From the NCBI GenBank assembly GCA_026706025.1, contig JAPOZO010000052.1:48337-112336 (forward strand): 64,000 bases of DNA. The letters run 5' to 3'. This DNA is from Candidatus Poribacteria bacterium (GTDB taxonomy: Bacteria; Poribacteria; WGA-4E; WGA-3G). Numbering within the stretch: the stretch's first letter is position 1; the number at the start of each line of letters is the position of its first letter. Below the pieces are notes generated by a model. The model did not search any database, was not told where the DNA came from, and saw only the letters and a list, made by a program, of their open reading frames with translations. Of the stretch, positions 7,397 through 17,863 are shown piece by piece. The position numbers and the translations under genes are program-made.

Positions 7397-9490
7397 ATGA
7401 AAAAATGTTTGTCTTTACCTCTTATCGCGTTAGCACTTCTCACAATGTGTATATGCGTCGGCTGTGGCGCGAAAGAAGTACCTCCAGCTACGACTTCAGC
7501 AGCTGCCGAATCGGCACCGGTACAGGAATCGCAAGAAATGGACGAGCTGCCTCAATCTGCGGAAGAGGCATCAGAACATGAGTCTGCCGAAGAAGCATCA
7601 GAACATGAATCCGAAGAAGAAACGTCAGAACACGAAACTGACGCGGAACATGAGCCTGCCGAAGAAGCATCAGAACATGAATCCGAAGAGAAAACGGCAG
7701 AACATGAGACTGACGCGGAAACATCGCATGAAACTGAACCTGAAATGGTGGAGATTCCGAACGGTAGTGTGTTACATCTGATTCCAAAACAAACAATAGG
7801 GCTTATCTATTGTCCGAGTTTGCTGGAGTTGGATTATCGGATTAACACACTGGTGACAGACTTGGTCCCAACAGATGAAACCCCAGAAATTCTTGCCGAA
7901 ATCTTAGCAGATGCCTTTGGAGCTGGGTTTGAAAGTCTCGCTGAGTTAGAGGAAATTGGACTTGATTTGAACCAAGACTTTGCGATCTTCACGACCTCTT
8001 TGAATCCGCCGCAACTTTCTGCGACTGTTCATCTAACAGATCCTGCAGCCATGAAACAGGTCATTGATGCTGAAAGTGCAGGAAGTGCCCCGGTTGAATA
8101 TAACGGTGTAACTTATTGGAACGCAAGCGGTGGCGGCGGTAGTTTCGCTATCTTGGACAATACGCTTGTCTTTTCTCAATCCGCTGAAGTGTGCGAAAGT
8201 GCTATTGATACCTATAAGGGAGCCGAACAATCTGTCGCAGCCAACCCAAGCTACACTTCATTTTTCACCGATATTATGGAGGGCGACGCGCAGATCGCAG
8301 CACATTTCAACCTTGAATCCATTGCTCCGCTGCTGACTGCTCCGATTAAGGAAGAATCAGAATCAATGCGCGACGGTCTTGAAAGCGACCCTGCCGCTAT
8401 GGCGTTTGCTCCGTTCCTTACGTCTATGTTTGATTCAGTCGTAAATGTAATTGAGCAGTTGGAATCTCTAAGCGCGACGCTTGAAGTGAAGGGGACCGAT
8501 GTACAACTTGCCCCGACCTTAAAATTCAAGAACGATAGCGAAATTCAGCGATCCTTGGCAGAGATGATGCCTGACGAATTGGCAGTTCTCAGCGATCTTC
8601 CAAATCTCGCTTTTGTAAATGGCGCCTTTCAAGGGAATACACAATTACTGCTTGACATGAACATGTTATGGCTAAAAATGTTTTCAGCAAGTGCTCCAGA
8701 GCAGCAAGCGAAATTGGAGGCACTCACCGAGCAGATGACAACTTTCTATAAATCTCTCGCCGATGAGTGGGGGTTCACTGTCAATTTTGGCGATAGCATT
8801 ATCCCGGATTATCTGATCGTCTATGAGATGAAGGATAAACAACTGGCGGAAACTTACATGAATGACATGTTTCTTGAACAACTCCGCAACACAATGCAGA
8901 TCATGCAGGAAATGATTGGAAATATGCCACAATTAGGCATGTACGATGGGGCACATGCTGGTCAACCGCTGATGCACAACGACGTTGAAATAAAAAGTTA
9001 TATCTTCCCCAACTTCGGTTCGGTTTTTGGTGAGATGCCACCTGAAGCTGCTGTAATGATACCTCAGGAATGGCACTGGTACTATGCCTTTCACGAAGAT
9101 CAACTGTTTTTTGCTATCGGTGGTTCTGATCTGCTTAAAGCCGCATTGGATAGGAAAGCTGGAATGGGTGAAAGCCTTTCTGAAAATGCAAGTTACCAGA
9201 AACTGACGGGTACGTTGGGGACAGACAATAACCTGCTTTTGGCTCTTTCCCCGATGACTATGGTTAAAGGTCTCATGCCTATTGTTGCGAAAGCCGACCC
9301 GAATGCTGGCGCAGCCATGCAAATGTTCGCAGGCATGTTTATGAATGTGCCTGAGACTTACAGCATCGGTTTTTCTGCTAAAGTCCAAGAGGATGGCGGA
9401 ATCGGCGCAAACCTGCTTCTCACCCTCGGCGACTTCAAGCAGGCCATCCAAATGATTCTGATGATGCAGAATATGCAACAGATGCAATAG
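7397..9490 (+). CDS. Lipoprotein with acidic tandem-repeat region, unknown function
   Basis: Signal peptide with a Cys-rich lipobox region (LTMCICVGC). Repeats of SAEEASEHES/EEETSEHETDAEHEP are encoded by 66-nt tandem units around 7594-7722. SD GAGGAG. Confidence 0.6.
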   Translation: MKKCLSLPLIALALLTMCICVGCGAKEVPPATTSAAAESAPVQESQEMDELPQSAEEASEHESAEEASEHESEEETSEHETDAEHEPAEEASEHESEEKTAEHETDAETSHETEPEMVEIPNGSVLHLIPKQTIGLIYCPSLLELDYRINTLVTDLVPTDETPEILAEILADAFGAGFESLAELEEIGLDLNQDFAIFTTSLNPPQLSATVHLTDPAAMKQVIDAESAGSAPVEYNGVTYWNASGGGGSFAILDNTLVFSQSAEVCESAIDTYKGAEQSVAANPSYTSFFTDIMEGDAQIAAHFNLESIAPLLTAPIKEESESMRDGLESDPAAMAFAPFLTSMFDSVVNVIEQLESLSATLEVKGTDVQLAPTLKFKNDSEIQRSLAEMMPDELAVLSDLPNLAFVNGAFQGNTQLLLDMNMLWLKMFSASAPEQQAKLEALTEQMTTFYKSLADEWGFTVNFGDSIIPDYLIVYEMKDKQLAETYMNDMFLEQLRNTMQIMQEMIGNMPQLGMYDGAHAGQPLMHNDVEIKSYIFPNFGSVFGEMPPEAAVMIPQEWHWYYAFHEDQLFFAIGGSDLLKAALDRKAGMGESLSENASYQKLTGTLGTDNNLLLALSPMTMVKGLMPIVAKADPNAGAAMQMFAGMFMNVPETYSIGFSAKVQEDGGIGANLLLTLGDFKQAIQMILMMQNMQQMQ

Positions 9491-9503
9491 ATGGATTTCT
9501 AAC

Positions 9504-9538
9504 TCGCCCACAACTCGATTGTGGGCGAATTTTTTTAT
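9504..9538 (+). terminator. Rho-independent terminator
   Basis: GCCCACAA-ctcga-TTGTGGGC stem followed by AATTTTTTTAT immediately after the 9490 stop. Confidence 0.75.
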
Positions 9539-10078
9539 CAGGGTGTCAACTTGTGTTTTCTTTTCTATTAAGTCTTCCGAAAATAGCGGCGAATCACAAA
9601 GAGTTTTATTACGACATTTATATATTTTTATTTTATTGTGAAAAAATATGACCTAACATAACTGATGTTTAAACCCTGATGACTATTGACTTTATATCAA
9701 TTTAAAATTTGACAAAAAATGAGATTTTGATAATATATATTTATAACTTTTGTGAAAATATGAAGTTTGTGAACGTTTCACAACGGATATTTTCCAGCGC
9801 GAATTTGCCACAGAATTTTTTAGAACCTATTCGCATCTGGCATCTTATATTGAACTCACGCTATAATAGGACTTACGCAAAATCAGAGAATTATGCCTAT
9901 GGCGCCGCGGTAGGTGGGGTTAGGAATGCAAATCGCAAATGTAAAGCATTCTGACTGCGAAGCAAAATTTGGTCTCCGTGTGTAGAAAACCAAATGTGGG
10001 TGCGTACACCGCAAAACCGCACCTACCAGGGAATTGCGTAAGCCCTAACTTAATTACCGACTTAAGGGGGAAGAACTG

Positions 10079-11386
10079 GTGCATAAACAGATAAGTTTCA
10101 TATTCAGTTTCGGCATCGCATTTTTGATTATCGTTTCTTCATTCACGATGGCGGAAACCGATACAACCGAAGGGACTGCAGCGGCAGTTGAGACCGTAGA
10201 ACCGAAGAAAAGTCCGGTTAAAATCGGCGGGGCACTCCGGATGAACTACATCTATGGCACTTACGTTGATCAAGGGCGGGGCGAAAAAATCGGTGATGTT
10301 GATCTGGAGATATTCCGTCTCAATGCTGATTTGGACTATCAAAATATCATTGGTAGACTTGAATACCGGTGGTATCCCAGATATTATGGGGGAACCCACG
10401 GTTACAGCATGATACATACCGCCTGGTTGGGGTATAATTTGGGTGATTTGGGTACGCTTAAAGCCGGGATTGTTCGGGTACCCTTTGGACCGGGTGCCTA
10501 TGGCGTTTCTACGAGTTGGTTTTTTGACCAACATTTCTATGTTGGACTTGCTGACGATCCAGATTTGGGGATCCTATGGACTGACACCCTTGATAAGTTG
10601 ACGCTTGATGTGGGCTACTTCCTCATGAGCGAACCTCAGCCGCTAAAGTATGGTAGTCTGGCGAGTTCGCGATACGCCTATGACATCGTCAAATGGGAAG
10701 AAAAAGCCGATGCGAAGGGAAACGTTGAATGGGGTGCTGGTGAAAATGGATTTGATGAGCAACATCAATTGAACCTCCGAGCAATCTATGCCCTTGAGGG
10801 TATCGCTGACGTGGGGGCATCGCTGCAATTCGGGATGCTGAAAGGGACAAATGTCGGGGATGATGATAGCGGTAACCACTATGCTGTCTCTGCTCACATG
10901 AAGAATACTGTTGCGGATTTCACGCTCTTTTCGCAATTCTCCTATTACGCACATAATATCACTGATGACACGCCTTGGGGCACCGGGGATTTAATTCCGA
11001 TGGGGGCTTATGACTTCGCGTGGCCCATCGCGTCCGAGGGATTAATACCCGCGCTCTCGCTACGTTATGGTGGGATAGATACCTCAAGCATCTCATGGAT
11101 TGACAGCGTCACGCCTTATGTAGAATGGAGCACTATCCTGAAAACGGTGGAAAACTACAATGCCAGTACTCTCGTGACAATCGGCGCAAGTTGGACAATC
11201 TTTGGGGGACTGTATGTGTATAGCGATGTAGGACTTTCCGATGGCAACTCTTTTGTCGGTAACAAGACAGCCGATGGTAAGAAAGAAGGCTATGGTAATA
11301 TCTACGATGGTGCCGGGGACTTTGGTGCTAACGGAAATAATGCTTGGAATTTGCGACTTAATTTCAACTTCGGTTATTATTTCTAA
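10079..11386 (+). CDS. Putative outer-membrane beta-barrel porin
   Basis: Signal peptide, alternating amphipathic beta-strand pattern, abundant Gly/Tyr/Asp and a C-terminal ...NFGYYF ending in Phe. GTG start with GGGGGAAG SD. Confidence 0.4.
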   Translation: MHKQISFIFSFGIAFLIIVSSFTMAETDTTEGTAAAVETVEPKKSPVKIGGALRMNYIYGTYVDQGRGEKIGDVDLEIFRLNADLDYQNIIGRLEYRWYPRYYGGTHGYSMIHTAWLGYNLGDLGTLKAGIVRVPFGPGAYGVSTSWFFDQHFYVGLADDPDLGILWTDTLDKLTLDVGYFLMSEPQPLKYGSLASSRYAYDIVKWEEKADAKGNVEWGAGENGFDEQHQLNLRAIYALEGIADVGASLQFGMLKGTNVGDDDSGNHYAVSAHMKNTVADFTLFSQFSYYAHNITDDTPWGTGDLIPMGAYDFAWPIASEGLIPALSLRYGGIDTSSISWIDSVTPYVEWSTILKTVENYNASTLVTIGASWTIFGGLYVYSDVGLSDGNSFVGNKTADGKKEGYGNIYDGAGDFGANGNNAWNLRLNFNFGYYF

Positions 11387-11387
11387 G

Positions 11388-11480
11388 TAGTTGTCAGTCG
11401 TCAGTTTTCAGTTTTCAGTTAAGCGGCAGATTGTTCCTGATAATCCCCTTAACTCTCACTGCGAGGCAAACTGACAACTC
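11388..11480. repeat. Family A heptad element copy 2
   Basis: GTCAGTCGTCAGTTTTCAGTTTTCAGTT ... CTTAACTCTCACTGCGAGGCAAACTGACAACTC. Confidence 0.8.
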
Positions 11481-11497
11481 TTTGAAAAAGGAGAACT

Positions 11498-13126
11498 TTG
11501 AAAATGCACGAAGAAGGAAAACAACCGCAACATATGAGGGAAAGGGAATATAGGAAATTATTCGGTTTAGAGATTTACTTAACGCCTGTATTCGTGATTT
11601 CCAGTATCGCTATTGTTGTCTTTATTATCGGGTCTCTTATTTTCCAAGAAGGTGCGACCAAACTCTTTGGGGGTCTTCGGGTTTGGCTCACCACGAACCT
11701 TGATTGGCTGTTCATGATCTCTACCAACCTTGTTTTTCTTTTCTGTCTGGTCGTGGCGTTTTCTCCACTCGGAAAAGTGCGTCTCGGAGGCACAGACGCA
11801 AAACCCGAATACTCTTACCTAACTTGGCTTGCTATGATCTTTGCAGCAGGCGTGGGCATTGGGCTCCTCTTCTTTGGCGTTTCGGAGCCGGTTACGTATT
11901 TTCAGGGTGGTAGTTATTCGCCGCTGGGGACAGAAACGGTTTATGACCCAGGGACGGAATACAATGCCGGAAATGTCCCCGATGCGGGGGATCCCAAGGT
12001 TCAAGCGGCGGCTTCCTTGGGTATAGCGACGACGGTTTTCCACTGGGGACTGCAAGGGTGGGCGATCTACGGTGTTGTTGGACTTGCCCTCGCATTTTTC
12101 GCCTATAACCGGGGTTTACCGCTCCTGATCCGATCTGCTTTTTATCCGATATTCGGTGACCGGATATGGGGGTGGCCTGGACACATCATTGACACGTTCG
12201 CTATATTCGCTGGTATCTTTGGACTAGCGACCTCGCTCGGTTTAGGGGTCCAGCAGGTGACCTCCGGTCTTAACCATCTGTTTGGAATACCAGTGGCCCC
12301 TGTCACCATGGTTCTCCTAATTGTCGTGATCACCTCCATCGCGCTGATCTCAGTGATGACAGGTATTAATGTCGGTATCAAACGTCTCAGTCAATTTAAT
12401 ATAATTCTCGCCTTTTTATTACTGGCGGCTATTATCCTTCTCGGGCCAACGCTCTACATTCTTCGGACGCTTTTTACCGGACTTGGCACCTATGTTATGA
12501 AGATTATTCCGCTCAGCAACTGGATTGGGCGTGAAGATACTGGATTCTTCCACGATTGGACGACGTTCTACTGGGCATGGTGGATCGCGTGGGCACCGTT
12601 CATCGGCACCTTCATTGCTCGGATTTCAAAGGGACGCACAGTTCGTGAGTTTGTCATCTTCGTTCTTCTGCTACCGACGCTGTTATGCTTAATCTGGTTT
12701 AGTGCTTTTGGTGGCACTGCTATCCACCAGTTCCTCGCTGAAGGTTACACGGGTGTAACCGAAAATGTTGAGACATATACTTACGAACTTGCCCTATTCA
12801 AAATGTTTGAAGGACTTCCGTGGACAACGCTGCTCTCCTGCGTCGCTATGACGTTAACAATCATTTTTTTCGTTACGTCGTCGGACTCCGGTTCTCTGAT
12901 TATTGACATCATCGCGGCGGGTGGCAAGGTTGACGCGCCGGTACCGCAACGTGTGTTCTGGTGTACTGTGGAAGGTTTAGTCGCTATCGCACTCTTACTT
13001 GGCGGAGGGCTGAAAGCATTACAAGCCGCTTCGCTCGCGACGGGCTTTCCGTTCGCGATTGTGATTTTAGGTATGGGTATCTGTGTCTGGATCGGGCTTA
13101 GTAAAGAGGCCCGTCAATCTGAATAG
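11498..13126 (+). CDS. BCCT-family (betaine/carnitine/choline) transporter
   Basis: 12-TM protein with the BCCT signature region WGLQGWAIYGVVGLALAFFAYNRGLPLLIRSAFYPIFGDRIWGWPGHIID. Confidence 0.85.
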   Translation: MKMHEEGKQPQHMREREYRKLFGLEIYLTPVFVISSIAIVVFIIGSLIFQEGATKLFGGLRVWLTTNLDWLFMISTNLVFLFCLVVAFSPLGKVRLGGTDAKPEYSYLTWLAMIFAAGVGIGLLFFGVSEPVTYFQGGSYSPLGTETVYDPGTEYNAGNVPDAGDPKVQAAASLGIATTVFHWGLQGWAIYGVVGLALAFFAYNRGLPLLIRSAFYPIFGDRIWGWPGHIIDTFAIFAGIFGLATSLGLGVQQVTSGLNHLFGIPVAPVTMVLLIVVITSIALISVMTGINVGIKRLSQFNIILAFLLLAAIILLGPTLYILRTLFTGLGTYVMKIIPLSNWIGREDTGFFHDWTTFYWAWWIAWAPFIGTFIARISKGRTVREFVIFVLLLPTLLCLIWFSAFGGTAIHQFLAEGYTGVTENVETYTYELALFKMFEGLPWTTLLSCVAMTLTIIFFVTSSDSGSLIIDIIAAGGKVDAPVPQRVFWCTVEGLVAIALLLGGGLKALQAASLATGFPFAIVILGMGICVWIGLSKEARQSE

Positions 13127-13245
13127 CAATCGGCTGTCAGCAATCGGCAGTCGGAAGAATAGTTGTCGGTTCTCGGCGCGCGGTTAAGAGGTTTGCTTGC
13201 GTCAAGCATCTCTTAACCAACCGTCGAAAGCCGAAAGCTGAAAGC
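13127..13245. repeat. Family A-related element copy 3 (GTCAG / CTGAAAG heptad variants around the GGTTAAGAGG...CTCTTAACC core)
   Basis: CAATCGGCTGTCAGCAATCGGCAGTCGG ... GTTAAGAGGTTTGCTTGCGTCAAGCATCTCTTAAC ... CGAAAGCCGAAAGCTGAAAGCC. Abuts the accA start, which has no SD. Confidence 0.65.
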
Positions 13246-13253
13246 CAATAAAT

Positions 13254-14228
13254 ATGAACGCAACAGAACTTGAATTTGAAAAATCGCTCATTGAATTAGA
13301 AAACCATCTCACGCAATTGGAAGCCTTCGCGGAAGACCATCCTGAGTTAGACCTTACAGCAGGGATTGATGCCCTAAAGCAAAATGCAGATGTGCTTACA
13401 AAGCAGACCTTCCAAAAACTAAGCCGCTGGGATAAAGTGAGGTTGGCGCGCCATGCGCAACGTCCACAAGCCTCCTTCTACATCAACGCACTCCTTGATG
13501 AACCTACCGAGATTCACGGCGATAAGTTGTACGGCGACGACCGCGCACTCATAGGTGGTTTCGCATGGTTTGATGGACATCCCCTCGTCTATCTCGCGCA
13601 GCAGAAAGGCACAAACCTTGAAGAGCGTCAAGAGATGAATTTTGGATACACGCATCCAGAAGGTTATCGCAAAGCGAGGCGGTTGATGCAGTTGGCAAAT
13701 AAGTTCAACCGACCCATTATCTGTTTCGTTGATACACCGGGCGCGCATTTCGATCTCCGTTCCGAAGAATACGGACAAGCCATGGCAATCGCTGAAAATC
13801 TCGCTGAGATGATGCAGCTGCGCGTGCCAATCCTCGTCGTTATTATCGGTGAAGGCGGGAGCGGCGGGGCGTTAGCAATTGCTGTCGGAAACCGCGTATT
13901 GATGATGGAGTATGCCGTCTATTGCGTCGCACCCCCTGAAGCCTGTAGCGGTATCGTATGGAAAGACAAAGGCGAGCATGCCCCAGAGGCAACCGAAGGC
14001 TATAAACCTACTGCCCCCGATCTGCTCAAATTAGATGTCATCGACCAGGTCATCCGTGAACCGCTCGGCGGTGCACACAGGGATCCAGAAGCCGCAGCAC
14101 GCAGTGTCAAACGCGCCATACGCAAGCATTTCACAGAATTGATGCAGATGACCCCTCAGCAACTCGTCCAACAAAGATATGAACGGTATCGGCACATCGG
14201 GCTTTACGGCGAAAATTCTGCTGCATAG
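13254..14228 (+). CDS. accA: Acetyl-CoA carboxylase carboxyltransferase alpha subunit
   Basis: Collinear with E. coli AccA (RLARHxxRP, FxxxHGDRxxxDDxAxxGG, IGEGGSGGALA, PLGGAHR). Confidence 0.95.
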   Translation: MNATELEFEKSLIELENHLTQLEAFAEDHPELDLTAGIDALKQNADVLTKQTFQKLSRWDKVRLARHAQRPQASFYINALLDEPTEIHGDKLYGDDRALIGGFAWFDGHPLVYLAQQKGTNLEERQEMNFGYTHPEGYRKARRLMQLANKFNRPIICFVDTPGAHFDLRSEEYGQAMAIAENLAEMMQLRVPILVVIIGEGGSGGALAIAVGNRVLMMEYAVYCVAPPEACSGIVWKDKGEHAPEATEGYKPTAPDLLKLDVIDQVIREPLGGAHRDPEAAARSVKRAIRKHFTELMQMTPQQLVQQRYERYRHIGLYGENSAA

Positions 14229-14243
14229 GTTAATACGCACCAC

Positions 14244-15374
14244 ATGAAAATAAGAACGATTACTACGGGCATTCCATTGCCTTTTTCTCCTTACCAGCTT
14301 CAACGTGCGGCAAAATTTAACACCGCCTGTCAAACCTACTTTGAGGCGAACGGCTATGAAGTCCAAACAACGCGTGTGAGTTGTCAAATCTGGAATGAAA
14401 AAAGAGATATTGATACAATCCTTAGGTTAGAGTCCGATGCACAAGCATTGGGAATTGAATTCCTAAACTTGGGGACAATCCTACCTGAGAAACGCCACAC
14501 GGAAACGCATCTCGCGTGTGTTTCTGATGTAATTGTCGAAAGTGAGATGCTTTTCGCCACCGTCACTCTTACGACACAATCTGGAGGTATGGCATCGGAC
14601 ATCGCTGAAAACACCGCAGACATCATTCGGCAGATCGCGCGTCAAACCGATGCTGGCTACGGAAATCTCCGCTTCGCAGCGTTGATGAACTGCCCACCAA
14701 ATACACCCTTCTTTCCAGCGGCGTACTGGCACGACACTCGGACGAACTTCAGCATCGGATGGCAGGCGATAGATCTTGTACAAAAGGCTTTCACAGATGC
14801 CCCGAATTTAGAAGTTGGTTTGCAGAACCTGAAAACGGTCATGGAGGCAGAAGGACAGAAAATTGTCGCACTCGCACAGACGTTAGCACAGGAGTGGGGC
14901 ATAAAGTTTGTTGGTATAGATGCATCGCTCGCACCGATGGGCGATGAAAGCATCGCTTACGCCATGGAACAACAACTCCCCGGTTATTTTGGCGAGCGTG
15001 GTACATTAACAGTCGCCGCCGGTCTGACCCGTACACTCCAATCCCTCGAACTACCCCTTTGTGGATATTCGGGATTAATGCTCCCTGTCCTTGAAGATGT
15101 CGGCTTGGGCGAGCGAAGTGAAGCAGGCTATTTTAACCTTGACAGTCTCCTCCTCTATTCTACTGTCTGTGGCACTGGATTGGATACCATTCCTATACCC
15201 GGCGATGCTTCGACATCTCAGATTGCCGCGATCCTAAGGGATGTCGCCACGCTCTCCATACAGTTAAGCAAACCGTTATCTGTACGCCTTTTTCCGGTTC
15301 CGGGATGCAACGCAGACTGCATGACAGAATTTGATTCTCCCTATCTAACAAACACCACAGTCATGCAGATTTGA
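14244..15374 (+). CDS. UPF0210/DUF711-family protein
   Basis: N-terminal IRTITTGIP and C-terminal CGTGLDTIPIPGD blocks match conserved motifs of the UPF0210 family. Confidence 0.5.
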   Translation: MKIRTITTGIPLPFSPYQLQRAAKFNTACQTYFEANGYEVQTTRVSCQIWNEKRDIDTILRLESDAQALGIEFLNLGTILPEKRHTETHLACVSDVIVESEMLFATVTLTTQSGGMASDIAENTADIIRQIARQTDAGYGNLRFAALMNCPPNTPFFPAAYWHDTRTNFSIGWQAIDLVQKAFTDAPNLEVGLQNLKTVMEAEGQKIVALAQTLAQEWGIKFVGIDASLAPMGDESIAYAMEQQLPGYFGERGTLTVAAGLTRTLQSLELPLCGYSGLMLPVLEDVGLGERSEAGYFNLDSLLLYSTVCGTGLDTIPIPGDASTSQIAAILRDVATLSIQLSKPLSVRLFPVPGCNADCMTEFDSPYLTNTTVMQI

Positions 15375-15395
15375 ACGGCCCCGCCACAGACTCCA

Positions 15396-15430
15396 CTACT
15401 GACAACTGATGACTGAAAACTGACAACTCC
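15396..15430. repeat. Family A right-arm fragment (CTACTGACAACTGATGACTGAAAACTGACAACTCC)
   Basis: Five consecutive AACTGNC-type heptads. The left arm is absent. Confidence 0.6.
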
Positions 15431-15537
15431 TAAAACTTTTTCCCTTGCCAATTGTCAAATCTTTTGGTAAGATGATGCGAACGAAATTTTGAGAGTATTG
15501 TCTATCTAATTGATATGCACATCGGAGGAAACTCACA

Positions 15538-16266
15538 ATGTATATGCGACATTGGTTACAGAGTCCTTCAAGCCTAACACACGGCAACATCATTAAACGT
15601 GAGATTTTTAGCAAACGTACAGAGGACGCTGCAGACAAAGAGGGCGCGATCCTCAGATATGTTGACAGTTTCTCTCGGTGCTACCTTGAACCGAGGATCG
15701 CTTCTGTGCCTACGGCACTTGATGACAGGCAGCTGATCTTTTACATCGTTGACGGCTCGGGTACATTTGAGGCGGGAGACTTGAAACAGCAAGTTACAGA
15801 GGGAGATGCAATCTTAGTCCCACCCGGACTCAACCATGTCTTAGAAAATTCGGAGCGCACGCCGTTAGAGTTTTTGATGTTGGAGGAGGTACTCTCGGAG
15901 GGCGTGGCGGCACCGCGCAAGGATGCACTGATCCGCAACTACAGGGAACGTCCTTTGGGACAAGGACATTGGACGCATCTCGTACATCCAATTTTCGGGC
16001 CGGACGACGGCTTGGTGACGCTACATTCAGTACTGATGGTACGGATTGAAGCGATGCAAACGCCTGATACGCACGGACACGGTCCTGATATGGACGAGGT
16101 GTGGTATATGCTCGAAGGCAACGGCATCCATGTTGTCAGCAGAAATGTATACCGGCAGATGCCGGGCGATGCTGTCTCTGTGGCTTCGTCTAACCCAGGG
16201 CATAGCCTAATCAACGACACAGATGAACCGCTCAAGACGTTCTATTTCGCACGCTACGACCGCTAA
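15538..16266 (+). CDS. Cupin-domain protein (probable bicupin)
   Basis: Two cupin-like G(x)5HxH...E...G segments. SD GGAGGA 8 nt upstream. Confidence 0.5.
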   Translation: MYMRHWLQSPSSLTHGNIIKREIFSKRTEDAADKEGAILRYVDSFSRCYLEPRIASVPTALDDRQLIFYIVDGSGTFEAGDLKQQVTEGDAILVPPGLNHVLENSERTPLEFLMLEEVLSEGVAAPRKDALIRNYRERPLGQGHWTHLVHPIFGPDDGLVTLHSVLMVRIEAMQTPDTHGHGPDMDEVWYMLEGNGIHVVSRNVYRQMPGDAVSVASSNPGHSLINDTDEPLKTFYFARYDR

Positions 16267-16277
16267 AGGGAATAACT

Positions 16278-17735
16278 ATGGCTGACAAACCACACGTTCT
16301 GCTCATCTCAACCGATCATTGGCCCAACTCACTTTTAGGGGTCAGCGGACATCCCGCTATCCAAACACCGACGCTTGATTCGATCGCACGAGCCGGTATC
16401 CGCTTCACGCGCGGATACAGCGAATGCCCGGTTTGCGTCCCCGCACGAAAAACGTTGATGACCGGTGCCACAACAAGGACCCACAAAGACCGCGTTTTCA
16501 ACGATCAAAAGGGAATAGACGGACTTCCGACAATCGCGCAGACGTTTCGCAACGCAGGATATCAGGCTTATGCTGTTGGTAAGCTGCACGTCTATCCGCA
16601 ACGAGACCGCATCGGATTTGATGATGTACTGTTGGGTGAGGAAGGTAGATTACAATACGGCGCGATTGACGACTATGAACTCTTCCTCGGCGACAGAGGG
16701 TATGCCGGTCAGCAGTTCGCACATGGGATGTGCAACAACGATTACCTCAACAGACCTTGGCATCTCCCGGAAGATTGCCACGTTACAAACTGGAGCACGC
16801 AGCAGATGGTCCGGATGATTAAACGCCGGGATCCAACGCGACCCGGATTCTGGTACCTCTCCTATTGCCACCCGCACCCGCCTTTGGCACCGCTCCAGTG
16901 TTATATGGATATGTATCGCGATATCGACGTGGATATGCCCTATTATGGCGAATGGTCAAAGCAGAGCGAGGAACTCCCCTTACCGATAAAAGGACGGCAG
17001 AAACAGGACGAACACTTTAATGAAGACTTGGTCCGTTCGGCACGTCAAGCCTTTTACGCGCTTTGTACGCACATTGACCATCAGTTACGGGTCGTTATCG
17101 GCACACTACGGGAAGAAGGCTTGTTGAACAACACGATTCTGCTGTTCACATCCGATCACGGTGATATGCTCGGAAATCATGGGATGTGGGCAAAACGGCT
17201 CTATTATGAAGACTCTGCCAACGTCCCGATGCTCCTTGTCGGCACCGCAGGCGATGAACGCGTAGGGCATCACAGAGTTGATGACCGACTCGTCGGATGG
17301 CAAGATGTGATGCCGACGCTCCTTCACCTCGCTGGAATCGAGATTCCAGATACAGTAGATGGGATACCAATGGTCGGTGACGAAAAACGGGAGTGGTTGT
17401 ACGGCGAATGTGGCGAAGGTGGAAGTGCGACTCGAATGATTCATGACGGACGCTTCAAGCTCATCTACTACGCTACCGGCAACTACCGACAACTCTTCGA
17501 TCTGGAAGAGGATCCACGAGAGTTAAACGACCTCGCTAATTCACCAGTACACGCCGAAATCCTTGAGCGATTAACGGATATCTTGATCGGTGAACTCTAC
17601 GGTAGCGATGAAAAATGGATTGAAGATGGCAAACTTGTCGGTCTGCCTGACCGTGAATATCGTCCTTCTGCGAACCGAGCCTTATCGGGCCAACGCGGAC
17701 TTCACTGGCCCCCACAGCCATCTGTAGGGCGTTAG
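16278..17735 (+). CDS. Sulfatase (Cys-type, CxPxR)
   Basis: SECPVCVPARKTLMTG carries the CxPxR formylglycine motif. SDHGDMLGNHGMWAKR matches the sulfatase signature II. Confidence 0.85.
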   Translation: MADKPHVLLISTDHWPNSLLGVSGHPAIQTPTLDSIARAGIRFTRGYSECPVCVPARKTLMTGATTRTHKDRVFNDQKGIDGLPTIAQTFRNAGYQAYAVGKLHVYPQRDRIGFDDVLLGEEGRLQYGAIDDYELFLGDRGYAGQQFAHGMCNNDYLNRPWHLPEDCHVTNWSTQQMVRMIKRRDPTRPGFWYLSYCHPHPPLAPLQCYMDMYRDIDVDMPYYGEWSKQSEELPLPIKGRQKQDEHFNEDLVRSARQAFYALCTHIDHQLRVVIGTLREEGLLNNTILLFTSDHGDMLGNHGMWAKRLYYEDSANVPMLLVGTAGDERVGHHRVDDRLVGWQDVMPTLLHLAGIEIPDTVDGIPMVGDEKREWLYGECGEGGSATRMIHDGRFKLIYYATGNYRQLFDLEEDPRELNDLANSPVHAEILERLTDILIGELYGSDEKWIEDGKLVGLPDREYRPSANRALSGQRGLHWPPQPSVGR

Positions 17736-17753
17736 GTAAAACTTATGAAAGTC

Positions 17754-17782
17754 TTGACAAAATTTCAGGAATCAATTATATT
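17754..17782 (+). promoter_or_regulatory. Strong sigma70-like promoter (TTGACA-17-TATATT)
   Basis: Consensus -35 at 17754-17759 and -10 at 17777-17782 with exact 17-nt spacing, about 80 nt upstream of the STAS gene. Confidence 0.6.
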
Positions 17783-17863
17783 ATTTAGTGGAATCTCTTC
17801 GTTAGGGCATAACTCGCAAGCCCATATTTGTTAATTATGCGATTAAGCATGAAAGGAAAATAG

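Noticed and set aside
9709-9954. ORF-track CDS of 81 aa in the AT-rich region
   Set aside because: It has low-complexity, AT-driven codon composition and no SD, and it sits in a promoter-like region. It is probably non-coding.
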